DNA of 64,000 bases, taken from positions 12,150,006-12,214,005 of the forward strand of contig NC_083448.1 in assembly GCF_020745735.1 (NCBI RefSeq), given 5' to 3'. A model generated the notes under the pieces. That model did not search any database. It was given only the letters and a program-made list of their open reading frames with translations, and had not been told where the DNA came from. Origin of the DNA: Hemiscyllium ocellatum. Lineage: Eukaryota. The position numbers and the translations under genes were made by a program. Shown piece by piece: positions 21,907-56,957 of the stretch; position 1 is the first letter of the stretch; every line of letters begins with the position of its first letter.

Positions 21907-24044
21907 TTTGGAGGAGCTGACACATTCCTTTGTCGCCAGGTTGAAGTCTGGGGAAGTGATCAAAATAGTTCAGGACATCTGATCATGGTCCAATTGCTTT
22001 TTGTGAAAGCTGCCTGCAAAGTACTTCAGAAGGCATTGAGGTCACAAAAAGTCCTGAAAAAAATGCAAGCTTTTCGTCTTTTGTGAGATAGATAAGTAAA
22101 CATGAAATGGACTTGAGTTTAACAACTACATCTTCAAATTGTTTTTGAACACAATCTTTACGAAAGCTGAACAAATTAATTTTAATCTGCATAGTACATC
22201 GGGAAAATGACAGGTTTTCATCTCACTCTGACTTCAAGCTTCCATCATCATGTTGTACTTATGCAAAATGAACCTTCACGTTGTGCCATTTGAAGTATGA
22301 TGTCATTCTTCCAAATCAGGTGCCAAAATTATGATTATTTTCAGTCTTGCAGAACAACACAAAGTTAGAATCATATTTGAGACTTGGAACTGTGCCATAT
22401 ACGTCATAAAATTTCTTCCAAATCCTTACGGTAGAACTCTGAAGCATAGCTCATATTCTCATAGTTACAAAAGCAAAGCAATCTTCAGTGGGAACAATGG
22501 CTTGTGACCTGTGTCTCATTTCAACACTTATTCTTTAGTTTCCAAACTGAAATTTATGTTGGCAGTTTTCAGCACAGTGAGTATCCAAAACAATTGTCTA
22601 AATCAGAATGACTGTTGATAAAGAGTGGATTATCAAACATTTTGTTGTATTTGAAAAAGTTTGGTTGTGTCATTGTTTAATTACATAAAATATAAAATCA
22701 CATTTCTTTCAAGCTACCTTCAGTCCTGAAGGATTAAATAAAATGTCAAGGAGGGCTAGAGTGCACAGTCCAGATGACAAGATTTAACTAAGGCTGTAAA
22801 CTTGTTTCTATACTGTTCATCATCTGTAAGCACTTAAAACTTGACCTCTTGACATAACTTCTTTCCCAAGGGGCAATTATGCATGAGTCAGAAGCTTCAT
22901 TCAGCTTTTTTGCAAGTAAAAGATGCTTGAGATATTAGTGCCTTACATGAGAATTTTATGGATTATCACAGAAAGATTGATTTGTCCCCGTTCAACAAAT
23001 TGATTCTTGTACTATGTGGCCTTCATGTGAATGTTTGTTGCTGTCGTGCTTCTGTCAAAGTTGAACGTTCCTAAAAATGGTCTTGGTGCACATGAATGTA
23101 ACTAATAATGAATTTGCTTATGTTGAAAGGGTCACAAACACAGATGTGTAAAATCTCTAGTTAGAAATGACAACTTCCTCACTGACAAGTTACCTTTTCA
23201 TGATTTGTTTCAAGTCATAATCATGTGATATTTATATCATTGGTATTACTGTGGTTTATGAAAATCATTGATTACTGGAATTACTTTCCTGCAGAATTCC
23301 AACATGCTCAATTAGCACAAAATAAATGTTGTTGATGATTATCGTCTCCATTAATTCTCAGTCTCCTGAATGTGCTGGGTGACATTTTTCAGTATATTGA
23401 CATTATTCCGCTTCATGAGTTTAGAATTCTTCAGTTTTTTTCATTCGTATTCAAGCATAGTCCGACAAGCACATGACTAACATGTAATCTACATTAAATG
23501 TAACAAGCAAAATTATGGTCAATTGCGATAAAAAACGAGACTTTGATGCCTTTATTCTTGACTCATCAGGATGGAATTGCAACACCAAATTTCATAAACA
23601 CAAATAATGAGTGGGGAATCCCCCATGCGAATACGTTGACCGGGATTGCACAGTTTCAACTTAAACAAAAACTCGGGACAATTATTGCCTTCTCCATGAC
23701 TGTGTCTCACCGAGTCCACTTTCTAATCAATCACCACTCTTCTCAAGCAATTTAAATTCTTGCTCCTTTGTTGCAATTTGGTCCTCCTTGCTGTTCTATC
23801 CTGGTACATACAAAGCGAAAAATTTTGACAGCATGTCTCTTTTTCCAGAAATTGTCATGTTCAGTACAAAGCAAACATTTGACTATGCTTTACTACACCC
23901 ATTTCATTTTTGCTGAAAATACGTCATCCATTGCTGAAACTGTTAAATGGTGGGATTGGCTTCAAAGTCAATTCATCACAAGATTCAGTTGTGATGTCCC
24001 AGTGCTGGCTGCTGCAATTTGTTAACTGAAAATAAAATTGGCTA

Positions 24045-24178
24045 GGCAAAAGTGAGGACTTCAGGTGCTGGAGATTAGAGTTGAGAACATGATGAAGGGC
24101 TTTTGCCCGAAACGTTGATTTTGCTACTCCTCAGATGCTGTCTGACCTGCTGTGCTTTTCTAGCACCACACTCTTGAC
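24045..24178 (+). mobile_element. Short inverted Penelope family A unit with hammerhead motif (24089-24120)
   Basis: atgatgaagggcttttgcccgaaacgttgatt preceded by an inverted tail; AAAATAAAATTGG repeated at 24029-24041 and 24180-24192. Confidence 0.8.
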
Positions 24179-24309
24179 AAAAATAAAATTGGTCGACTTG
24201 TAAATGAACAGATCGGTAAAATGATACGTGGAATACAGGGTAAGGAAAAATCTCTATTTCCAGGAAAGAAAAAATAATATGCTTTGGCTTTAGAAGGCAA
24301 ATGTTGAAT

Positions 24310-25110
24310 ATAAAACAGAAAATGCAGGAGAAACTCAACAGGTCTAGCAGCATCTGTATCCACTTCATTTGTGAAACAAAAGCAAGAATTAATGTTCAAG
24401 AGTCTGATATACCTTCTTAAGAACTGAAAAAGGTTGCAAAATGGTGTTTAAATACACTAACAGAAGTGGAGGAGAAGCAAAGGGAACAGATGGTGTGAAT
24501 GTTTACTGCAAAATGCAAAGGGTTTGCTAATTGGGGTGAAAGAGCAATGTATATGTAAAAAGAGTATAAGCAAGGGTGGAAATAGGTTCTTCCAGCTCAC
24601 AGCCAAATCAACGAGACACAGCAACAACACAGGGAGAAGAATGTAAGAAAACTGGAAGATGTCATGAGTTCAAGTTCTGAAATTGTGCATTTCAATACAC
24701 AGTCTAAGAGTCTGTCAAGTGTTTAAGTGGAAAATGAGTTGTTGCTCCTCAAGTATGTGTTGTGCTTCATTGGAACATTGTTCTGAGCCTGCTACAAACT
24801 AGTTAGTGAAATGGCTGGAAGGTCAGTCAGTCCTCTGGAGAGAGCAGAGGTGGCCTGCAAAGCTCACCTAGTCTGCATTTGGCATTGCCAATGTGAAGGA
24901 GACTGCATATAATAAATGAGATTGAATGAAGTACAAGTAAAACACTGCTTAATTTGCAAAGTGTTTTTAAAGCCGAAGGACAGTGACGATGACAGTGGAG
25001 AATGGGAAGTTTTACTACTCCTGTGACTGCACAGTAAGATACCATGGGTGGGGTTGGAGAGAAAGTGTAAGCAGTGAAGGAAGAGTGGACTAGGGTATCA
25101 TAGAGGGATT
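24310..25110 (-). mobile_element. Degraded Penelope-like element (pLTR end and GIY-YIG remnant)
   Basis: aaaacagaaaatgcaggagaaactcaacaggtctagcagcatctg terminus; remnant CSLLHIGNAKCRLGE. Confidence 0.6.
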
Positions 25111-25175
25111 CTAAACCTTGAAACAGTCACTCAAAGTAATCATTACTTTCAGAAACTTCACCTGTTCAGACATTT

Positions 25176-25309
25176 TTTATTCAGTAAAACATTAAAGGCT
25201 GTTTTGCATTAAATGACTTGCGCTTTCAAAACCTCAACAATGCAGGTGCCAAAAAAACATTCACCAAGTTAACACTGGTTATTGTTCTATTAACATTTAT
25301 TTATTTATT
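25176..25309 (-). terminator. Candidate ATP6V1B2 polyadenylation signals (AATAAA at 25176-25181 and overlapping cluster at 25296-25309)
   Basis: AATAAA hexamers about 1.5 kb past the stop, with U-rich sequence downstream, at the end of a repeat-free 3'UTR-like stretch. Confidence 0.45.
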
Positions 25310-26764
25310 TATGGCTGACATTTAAGTTGTCTTAGTACTTTGAGTTTCAAACCAAATGATCTTCATACACATATCCGAATTTATGGAATGCATAGAATAT
25401 AACACAAGTTATCAAAAGTAAACTTACAAATAACACTGAACAACTAAACAATGTGTACATCTCATGAAAATCAATGCAGAATAAATACAAGCAAAACATT
25501 TGCTTAACACAGAGTTAGACACAACCAGAATTAACCTCTGATGTACTCACAAGGAGACTAACTCAAAGGAGAACTAGTCCACAAGTAATATGAAGGCTGT
25601 ATGAGCGAAACAGAAAACTCAATTGAAGAGAGAAGTCATTGACCGAGACAGCATGGAAAGGCTACTGTCCTAACATTGCACACTCAAATAAAAAAAGTGC
25701 TTCCAGTTTCATGCAGAATGCAATACAAAATGCCTGTATTTTCCAAGCTATTTGCCAACACATAGTTACATATATTGGTAAAGACCACATTGTACCCCAA
25801 GTACCTTGATCGATCTCCATCCAAGTCCAAACAAAGGAGAACCTTAGATCAGATCCAGATAAAGAAAAGATGGAATAAAATTGCCAGGTCGCCTGAAGTT
25901 GCCGAATATGTTACAAAGAAATGTTCTTCAATGGAGATAATTAAAATGTGTAAACCACCAGAAGTTTAAAGGGATTGCACAAAAATGCAAATTCTAAGTG
26001 CTGACAAGTGACTTCTGGAGTCAGGCTTCGGGCAAAATACAAAAATACTAACTGCCAATGCTAACACTCCACAATAATTGTAGCAGGTACACTACAGCAA
26101 CTATCAGTTGTGTTTAAGAAGTGCAGCAGATGAAGCATTCCACAAATCTTGTTCGATTCAAATTCAGAAAAATAGATCAACTCCCAAAAGACCTCCTGTA
26201 TGAATTCAGCAGCTGCTTCTTCTGTGCTAGAAGATACACTTACATGACAGCAAGTCTTTGCACCATTGCAAAGAAATCAAACTTTTCATGTGAGAATGTG
26301 ACGTTGCAAAATAAATGTTTTAATTGCTTCTGTTGTTTACTGAATATTATCATCAACTGGGATCTTTAATTAACACATTACTAAGTGGAAGATACATATG
26401 AATTATCAATTAATAGTCATGAGTTGCCGATGACAGGTAGACAACCAGCTCAGCATCTTTACCATACTTGAAAACACAACGGCAACAAATCAACCATTCA
26501 TTAGTGAGCCTCTCTGAAATATTCACAAACCCATGGTTGTGACCAAGACGCAAGGCAGTCTTGCTCAGAGGCCAGCATTACCAGCAGACTCTGATAAAAC
26601 AGATGCTCCAAATCCAACTCAGGATGCAAGATCTCAAAATAATCACAAGCAAAATCACAAATGCTTGCTTTGTTCAAATACCAGAATTTTCAAGAGTTAA
26701 AACACCACAGGAAATGAATAGGTCACGTGACAAAATAAAGAATACATGAATGCTGCACTGAAAG

Positions 26765-48978
<22,214 letters not shown>

Positions 48979-49289
48979 CTTGTCTCTCAGCAGCGAGGCG
49001 ACGGGGGAGGAGGTGGGGTGGGGGGTTGGAGGAAGCCACTGCGCACGCTCCCTCACGCGTCTTCGGCCCGCGGCCGGCAACACGCCGACTGCGCACGCGC
49101 GCAATGCGGTCCCCGGCCGCTGCGGCCACGCGCATGTGCTTGTTGCTGTCCTTGGTGCTGGATATGATCCTGCTGTTTTGATTTGGCACTGAGGGACTAC
49201 CCCTTGTCTTCAACAGCCATATGGGCTGGGCAAAGATTTCAAATGAAAGGGGACAAAGTCGTAAGCACCCCCCCTCACCCCCCAAAAAG

Positions 49290-49428
49290 CTTCATCACTT
49301 CGGAAGAACGGTCACTGGACTTGAAACCATTAAACCCTATACTCCCTATAGATCCCGCCAGACCTGCTGAGTTTCTCCAGCAATTTCTACTTCCATTTCA
49401 GATTTCCAACACATGCAGTCGTTTGTTC
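49290..49428 (+). mobile_element. Penelope-like pLTR end with degenerate hammerhead, immediately upstream of the ATP6V1B2 promoter
   Basis: cggaagaacggtcactggacttgaaacc...gccagacctgctgagtttctccagc...ttcagatttcca. Confidence 0.6.
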
Positions 49429-49721
49429 AATACAAGATCGTGCTTTTTTTATGTCTTCGTTACTGTAAAACTCAACATTTTCTTGCAACTGAGCATTAGA
49501 TCAAGGTTGTAAATGTGAATCATACAAACCCGTAAGGCATTATATGAAGAGGCCGTAATTCAGCCAATCACTGAAGTACCTGTTTTGAAAGTAAACTTAT
49601 TTATCATAAGTTTATCTCATTCTTATAGTTTATCTGTGCTACAATGAGCAATCAGACCCACTGGTTCTCGTGTCACTCTGTAACAGGCAGAAAATGCTTT
49701 CACGTGTGGTCTAAGATTTGA

Positions 49722-49965
49722 AGATTAGATTCCCTACAGTGTGGAAACAGGCCATTTGGCCCAACAAGTCCAAACCGACCCTCCAAACAGTAACTCACTC
49801 AGACCCATTTCCCTCTGACTAATGCACCGAACACTATGGGCAATTTTTTGGACTGTGGGAGGAAACTGGAGGACCTGGAAGAAACCCACACAGACAGTCG
49901 CCCAAGGCTGGAAGCAAACTCAGGTCCCTGGTGCTGTGAGGCAGCAGTGAGCCATCATGCCACCC
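49722..49965 (-). mobile_element. HE1 SINE, internally deleted
   Basis: attagattccctacagtgtggaaacaggcc...ccctggtgctgtgaggcagcagtg...catgccaccc. Confidence 0.8.
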
Positions 49966-52861
49966 ACTCCGACTAAAAATTGGAGGAAGGTCTTTCAGGA
50001 CAACCTGAGGAAGCAGTTAAATATCAGAAGTTTGGAAGTTACATCCACACATGATAATTGGTACTGAGTCAACTGTTAATTTTAAATTTGTGCTGATCAG
50101 TTTCTGTTAAACATTATCTAAAATTCAGTCTTAGATCAGCCAATTTTCATTTATGGTAACTAAGGCTGTCAGGGTTAAATGGCCTATTTCTTGTCCAAAG
50201 TTCCCTTGAACACAGCAAATGTTTTCAAACTTAGTAGAAATTCAGAGAAACACCAATGTTTTCAAAATTAAGCAGCAGTCATCCAAAAACTGGCCACTCC
50301 ATTGACTCAGAATTCTTTCTGTCTCACAGCAGGACCTGATTACAATTTATTTTTGTCCATTTCCAAGTTGCAGCCAGCCAGCTCAACAGGCTGGTTGATT
50401 GTCAGAAGGACAAGCCTTCAGCACCAGCCAGCAGTTGAGGAATGCAGAGGAGGGAGAGTGATATCAGAAAGGTGCAAATTGGGGAAGAATTAGGAGCCCA
50501 AAACAAATCTGAGGCCATGGCGAGATTCAGAGGACAGGGTGAAGAACATTACAGACGAGTGGTAAAATCAGAGGCCAGTGTTCAGGGAAAGCGGGGAAAA
50601 ATTGCAGGCCACAGAGGAGATTGGAGTCTGGTTGATTGCAAGGATATGTGATCAGGGAGAAAAATGGAAAGTTCAAGATGTTTCTGACTGAGTGAGGATC
50701 AGTAAGTTAGACCCAGCAATTAAGTTAATCTACTTTCTGGATCATACAATTGTCACTTCTCTTTTGTTGCCAGGTTTCAGATGGTGGTTTACATGTGGAA
50801 TGAACTGCAAGAGGACACGTTAGATGTACATAGAGTTACAACATTGAAAAGACATTTGGACATGTTCATGAACAGGAAAGGATGAGTGGGATATGGGCCA
50901 AGCACTGGTAAATGCGACTCATTGAGTTGGAGGAAACTGGTCAGCACCAATGAATTAAATTGAAGGGTTTGTTTCCATGCTGTATGACTCCTTGACTCTA
51001 GAAGTCAATGCAATCTGGCCAACCAAAGGCTACATTTAAAATGATGGTTTCTTGAGACAAACCATTACATGTCAATAGACAATCATCAACCTGGTATTTT
51101 TGTTTTTGGATGGTTAGACACCTCAACCTCACCACTGTCTTGCCTCCAGAAAATCTGACCGTGATCAATACACTTGAACACCTTCCAAAGTGTCTAGTGA
51201 AAGAAACGAAGTGGAAAAATGGAAATTGCATTTCTATATAATTGGACATTATCATAGGTGGTTTTCTGTCACATTCTGACCCTCATTTACCAACTCTATG
51301 TGGTTGCTTGTTGTGCATCAAAAATAACTACAATTAACATGGTAATCCATTATTATAAGGCATTTGGGATATCCAAAATATATCATAACTTACTGTATAG
51401 ATGCTGTTCTATTTCACCTTCACAAAATGTTGAGCCCCTACTGAAAAAATATCAGTTCAAACATATAATCCTCTGATCCTCGGAATGGGATCTATTATAT
51501 GAGAAATTCTAACTTTCTGTGTTAGCCTCCATCTGCACTAAACTTTTAGTTTAGGCAAGCAAAGTCTTGTGATTTTTTTTCCCCTCTTAAATCACACTGT
51601 CTGTAATCCAATACCCTCAGTAACAATTCTTTCAAAGAGGGGTAGAAAAAAAAATTTCTGTGCACATTGATGGCATGACCACTGACAGCAAAATTAGCTG
51701 CTATTCTAATGGTCTATTTCAATAGCGACAATGGCTTCTGCACAAAATATATCAAGGAATAAATTAAGAATAGTCAGATGATTGTCCTTTACAATGTAAA
51801 GCTAATGAAAGTTGTGAACTTAACCACAGGATGGCAGCAATATGTGCAGCTACGTAGGCTGACATTATTGCAAACTCAAACTATGTGAATCACAGACTCG
51901 TGTCCTTTTAGTGTGGCACAGCTCTTCCAAAGTAGCACTCAGTAATCAAATTTGCAAACATTTTTACCTCTACAATCAGATCTCAGACTTATTCTTCCAG
52001 TTTGCTCTTGTTTTAATCCATGTACAGATTGCAATGTGACAGTTATTGATCTCACATGACATTCATGTAAGCAGAGGATTTGAGGTACGTTCTAAGATGC
52101 AATACTGTGAATGGCTGAAGAGTTTAATTCTCAAGCAACAGCCTTCAGAACATAGAATGATTACAGCAATAATTATTAGATTATTGGCAGAATATTTATT
52201 ATTTTGTTATGAGAAACTAACATTGAACTGTAACAGGAATTTATCTTGGTTGTATATTAAAATGAGAAACTTACAAGTATGGCAAAGTATCAAAATGCCA
52301 AGGTAGAGAAGTATTAGAAGCTTATGTCAGGCTTTGTGGCTTACTGCAACAAAAAATTGAGTCCTTGAGAAGACAATCTATAAGAAACTACTTAGGTAAC
52401 AAAGGAATTCAGATGTCTCTCTCTCTCTCTCTCTCTACAAGATACAAATGTTTGAAATGTAGAAGCATTCAGACACAGACGAAAATGAAAAGTGAAGAAC
52501 ATAAATACATGAGATCAGCAACAGCCACATACCTGATCCCTGGTTGGTCAAAAACGACATGATCCCCACGAGACTGAAAATGATTCAGGAGATCTGGAGT
52601 TAATTTTCTAAGAGCCAGGATAAAACAGACACCTGATCAGTTCCACGGGGTGGAGAAATTTAGAAACAAGAACAAAAACAAACAAGAGGTATGGAAGGGA
52701 GAGAGAGAGAAACAGAATCAGAAAAGAAGAACCAGAAAACCAAAACGGTCACTGTGCACTCCCTGTCCAGTAGAACCCAGGAAGAATATATCCCATTTTA
52801 GATTCTAAATCACTGCCTGAGATTATTTCAACAGAGTACCTGAAAACGTAATCGGGCCATA

Positions 52862-53478
52862 AAACCATAAGATGTTGGAGCAGAAATTGACCATTTGGCC
52901 CATTAAGTCTGTTCTGCCATTCAATCAGATCATGCCTGATCTTATAATCCTTAACAACACTTTGCCGCTTAACCCATAGCCCTTGATACCCCTACTGATC
53001 AAAAGTCTGTCCGTCACACCTTTGAATACACTTAACAACAGAACCTCCACAGCCCTCTGCATTAAGAAATTCTTCCTCATTTGTGTCTTAAATGTGCACT
53101 CCTTATTCTGAGGTTATGCTGTCTGATCCAAACTCTCGCACAAGAAGAAACAACCTCTCTGTGTCAAGTATGCTAAGAATCTTATATATTTCTATCAGGT
53201 TGCCTCTCATTCTTCTGAACTCCAATGAGTATAGACCCAAATGGCTCAATATCTCCTCATTAAAACATCCCTCCACACTCAAAATCAGCCGACTCCTCTG
53301 GACTTTCTCCAATATAGGACATCATTCTTTAGATAAGGAAACCAAAACTGTCTGCAGTGTCCTATGTGTGGCCTAACTAGTGTCTTGTGTTGTTTAAGCA
53401 TGATCTTCCTACTTTCATAAAACCTTTCATTTTTATTTCCTATTTTCAAGCTCTATCTCCTTTGAACTAAAGGCCAAA
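52862..53478 (-). mobile_element. CR1 LINE 3' fragment
   Basis: ORF 53103-53312 LGLYSLEFRRMRGNLIEIYKIL. Confidence 0.8.
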
Positions 53479-54502
53479 ATATGGCTAAATCAGAAGAAAT
53501 GAGATTCTCAATGTCAGGTTCTGCAACAAGGTTTTGAATGGAGAGACATGAACCCCACTATTGAGGGGTGAGAGGCCTATTTGGTCAATTTTACATGCTG
53601 TTATTACCTAATCTTGCATCACTGATATGAGTATCTTTTTGTCTCATGTGCTCGAAAGAAACTTGACAGTGAAAATGCCTGACCTAAAGTTAGAGCAAGT
53701 GCCTGGTGGATCCAGGTCACTGCTTGATCCTCAGACCTTCATCTATTGGATCAGTTACCAAAGTTTAAGGTTATGCTTCAATGACACTGTGGGAAAAAGA
53801 TCTGCCACCCTGCCCACCCACAGCATGGCCACACACAAAAAAACACATGGCCTGCAAAACACAGAAATTAAAACACTTATAGAACACACCCACAGTGCCC
53901 CAGCCTTGGCCAAACAGGCTAACGAAGAAACCAGACATGGCCAAGCTATTCCCAGACCAGACAATACACTTCCCAAACAACCTTCACAATAAAGCTCCCG
54001 GGCCTGATTAACATTGCGGTCCCAAAACCCTAAGGGCAGGCTCATTCCCCATTGAAAATGATACTGCATAAACAAAGAGGCAGACCAAGAGACCCCAGAA
54101 GATTTTGCACACATGAGGAACACAATGGACACACCTGAATGCCAGGAGAAATGACATTTACACATATTCGTGTGGACGGGAAATACAATGAAAACTCCTC
54201 TAGAAGACATTCTCACCCATTCACGGTGATGGCTAGAATCTCCTGTGTCAATTATAAATGAATTGCTACTGCCAGACGCTTGATTAGCTTCCACTCATTT
54301 TATTCTTGTTTTAATCGCTTTACAATTTTCACCATTGTACTGCAACTGCTTTACAATTATCACTGTTGTTTTGCACCGTTATAAAGCCTGCCCGCACCTT
54401 CTGTTCTGGGAAGAGCATTCTGGCCATCTGTGCAGAGAATCAGTTCTGTATCCTCCAGTCAACTTCTCTTCTGCGATGTCGCTTTGTTTAATATACCGCT
54501 TG

Positions 54503-54590
54503 CTGAAAATGTGTTGCTGGTTAAAGCACAGCAGGTTAGGCAGCATCCAAGGAACAGGAAATTCGACGTTTCGGGCCAGAGCCCTTCATC
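54503..54590 (-). mobile_element. 88-bp Penelope family A mini-insertion starting inside the hammerhead core
   Basis: gatgaagggctctggcccgaaacgtcgaatt...; perfect TSD ATACCGCTTG at 54493-54502 and 54591-54600. Confidence 0.88.
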
Positions 54591-54828
54591 ATACCGCTTG
54601 TCAATTTCACCACAATCCTCGTTCGTGGTCTCTGATCCATTGGGCTGAATTTCTCCGACAGCACCACATTCTGCAACATCCTCCCTCCCATTAGTCATGA
54701 ACAATGATGTTATGGACTGTGTGATGTTGCATCTCAAGGCACCACATCAATGTTACCAACTACACCATGCACCAGAAGAGTATGCAGCAAACAGATTGAA
54801 TTATGGCCATTTGGTTGAAGCACATGTA

Positions 54829-55114
54829 ATTAGATTACTTACAGTGTGGAAACAGGCCCTTCAGCCCAACAAGTCCACACCAACCCTCCGCAGAGCAACC
54901 CACCTAGGCATATTCCCCTACATTTACCCTTTCATCTAACACTATGGGCAATTTAGCCTGGCCAATTCACTTAAAATGCACATTTTTGGACAGTGGGAGG
55001 AAACCCACGCAGACAGGAGGAGAATGTGCAAACTCCACACAGTTGCTTGAGGTGGGAATTGAAGCCGGGTCCCTGGCAGTGAGGCAGCAGTGCTAACCAC
55101 TGTGCCACCGTGCC
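54829..55114 (-). mobile_element. HE1 SINE
   Basis: ggcacggtggcacagtggttagcactgctgcctc head with A/B boxes; tctaat tail. Confidence 0.88.
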
Positions 55115-56323
55115 AAAGGACAATAGTCAAGGAGTATCAACCTTCAGTCAGTGATACCATCACAGTAAGTTAAGGACAGCATTCAATGTCAGTCCTGTGG
55201 CTTTGATCTGATCACTTCATTATCTGAAGGTATCAGGTTGAAGGGTCTGTACCTCTGCAGCCCTGGAAGGAGGTCATGGTCAGTCCAGGAAGTCTAATTC
55301 AACTCGTTCAGGGATTCACAGTAAATTGGGAAGGGACTTGTACTGATAACAATCCAGGTATGTCCATGTTGTTTGTGCTTTGGACACTTCAACTATCTTG
55401 TGTGTAAATTAATTTTAAACAGGTCCGATACTTGTGAGACAAACAAAAGGGTCAGATTCACTTGCAATTCAATGCAATTTTATCCACCAAAGACACAAAA
55501 GGGGCCATATGACCAAATACCAAACAAAACTCTGCTCTTTTGCTTGAAAACACCTGACTCTTACATGAATTACTTTACCATTGCAGTGTTAAATCTTTGT
55601 CAAATCCTAATCTAAACAACACCTGGCTACCAGATAAGGACAATGTTGTATCCGTGAACTTAGCCGTCTGCAGAGCTAGCTCTGATGAACTTGGTGAAAA
55701 TTGATCTCACACCAGGTTGTTCTCTCTCTCTCTCTATCCATGTTGCTGGAGATCTGGTGCTAGGCCAGACTGAATCTTCACTAAAGGAATGGTGGCCATG
55801 TGTCCCTTCAAATCACTCCCTGTTGAATGCTTCCAAAATGTTCTCTGGCTCTTAACCAATCGATATTCCAGGACAAGGTCACTTTATTCAGTGGGATCCC
55901 CTCGGACATATATGGAAGATTCTGGGACTGCAGTCAGTGCCATCCCCTGATGTGTAAAGGACATGTCCCCCTCTCCATTGTTGTCATGGCAGGAACATAG
56001 GACTCCAGTGAGGATGCATGTTGTACGCCAACACACAGACCAGTCTCGTTTTCCAGAGCAAGTCCAGCTTGTCATTGTTTGCCTTTGTCTTCTGCTTTCA
56101 GCTCGATCTGTCCTATAAGGTCTGGCTACTCAAAAGTTGCTAAGTTTGGTTTTGGGCCTAGCTGCTCAAGCCCTGAGCTATCTGGTCACATCATCATCAG
56201 TCAAGGCTGAATCTTCAAGATGATAGATCATGGGAGGGCCAAAGGTATTGGAGAAGGGGTTTCATTGACACTCATGACCACTTTGGCATTGATGGGAGGG
56301 TTGTGCATGACTATGTTTGACGC

Positions 56324-56957
56324 AGTTAGAGATCACACACCAACAGATTATAGTCCAACAGGTGTATTTGGAAGCCCTAGCTTTTGAGGTGTTGCCTCTT
56401 CATCAGGTGGTTGACCTTGCTATTTGAGCTATAGGGAGAGGCTGAATAGGCTGGGGCTGTTTTCCTTGGAGAGTCAGAGGATGAGGGGTGACCTTACAGA
56501 ATGACCTTATAAAATAATGAGGGGCATGGATAGGGTAAAGAAGCCAAGTTCTTTTCCCTGGGGTGGGGGAGTCCAGGACTAGAGGGCACAGGTTCAGGAT
56601 GAGAGGGGAAAGGTATGAAAGGGACCTAAGGAGCAACTTTTTGTGTGTGTGGTATGAGCTGCCACAGGAAGTGGTGGAGACTGATACAATTACAGCATTT
56701 AAAAGGCATCTGGAAAAGGAAGGGATTAGAAGGATATGGGCCAAGTGCTGGCAAATGGGACAAGATGAGGTTAGAACATCTGGGCAGCATGAACACATTG
56801 GACTGAAGGGTCTGTTTCCATGCTCTATGACTCTGTGACCTGATGAAGAGGCAGCACCTCAAAAGTTAGTGCTTCCAAATAAAGCTGTTGGACTATAATC
56901 TGGTGTTGTGTGATTTCTAACTTTGTCCACCCTAGTCCAATACCGGCACCTGCAAAT
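56324..56957. mobile_element. Inverted Penelope family C unit (two hammerhead-like arms) enclosing a CR1 3' fragment (~56417-56837, +)
   Basis: Arms 56324-56408 / 56838-56922; TATGTTTGAC at 56312-56321 and 56958-56967. Confidence 0.8.

Noticed and set aside
52030-52860. Possible second solo LTR (also ~55360-56320)
   Set aside because: LTR-like composition, but TG...CA ends with a TSD could not be defined.
55060-55114. tRNA genes at SINE heads
   Set aside because: A/B boxes continue into HE1 or Deu SINE bodies; no cloverleaf.
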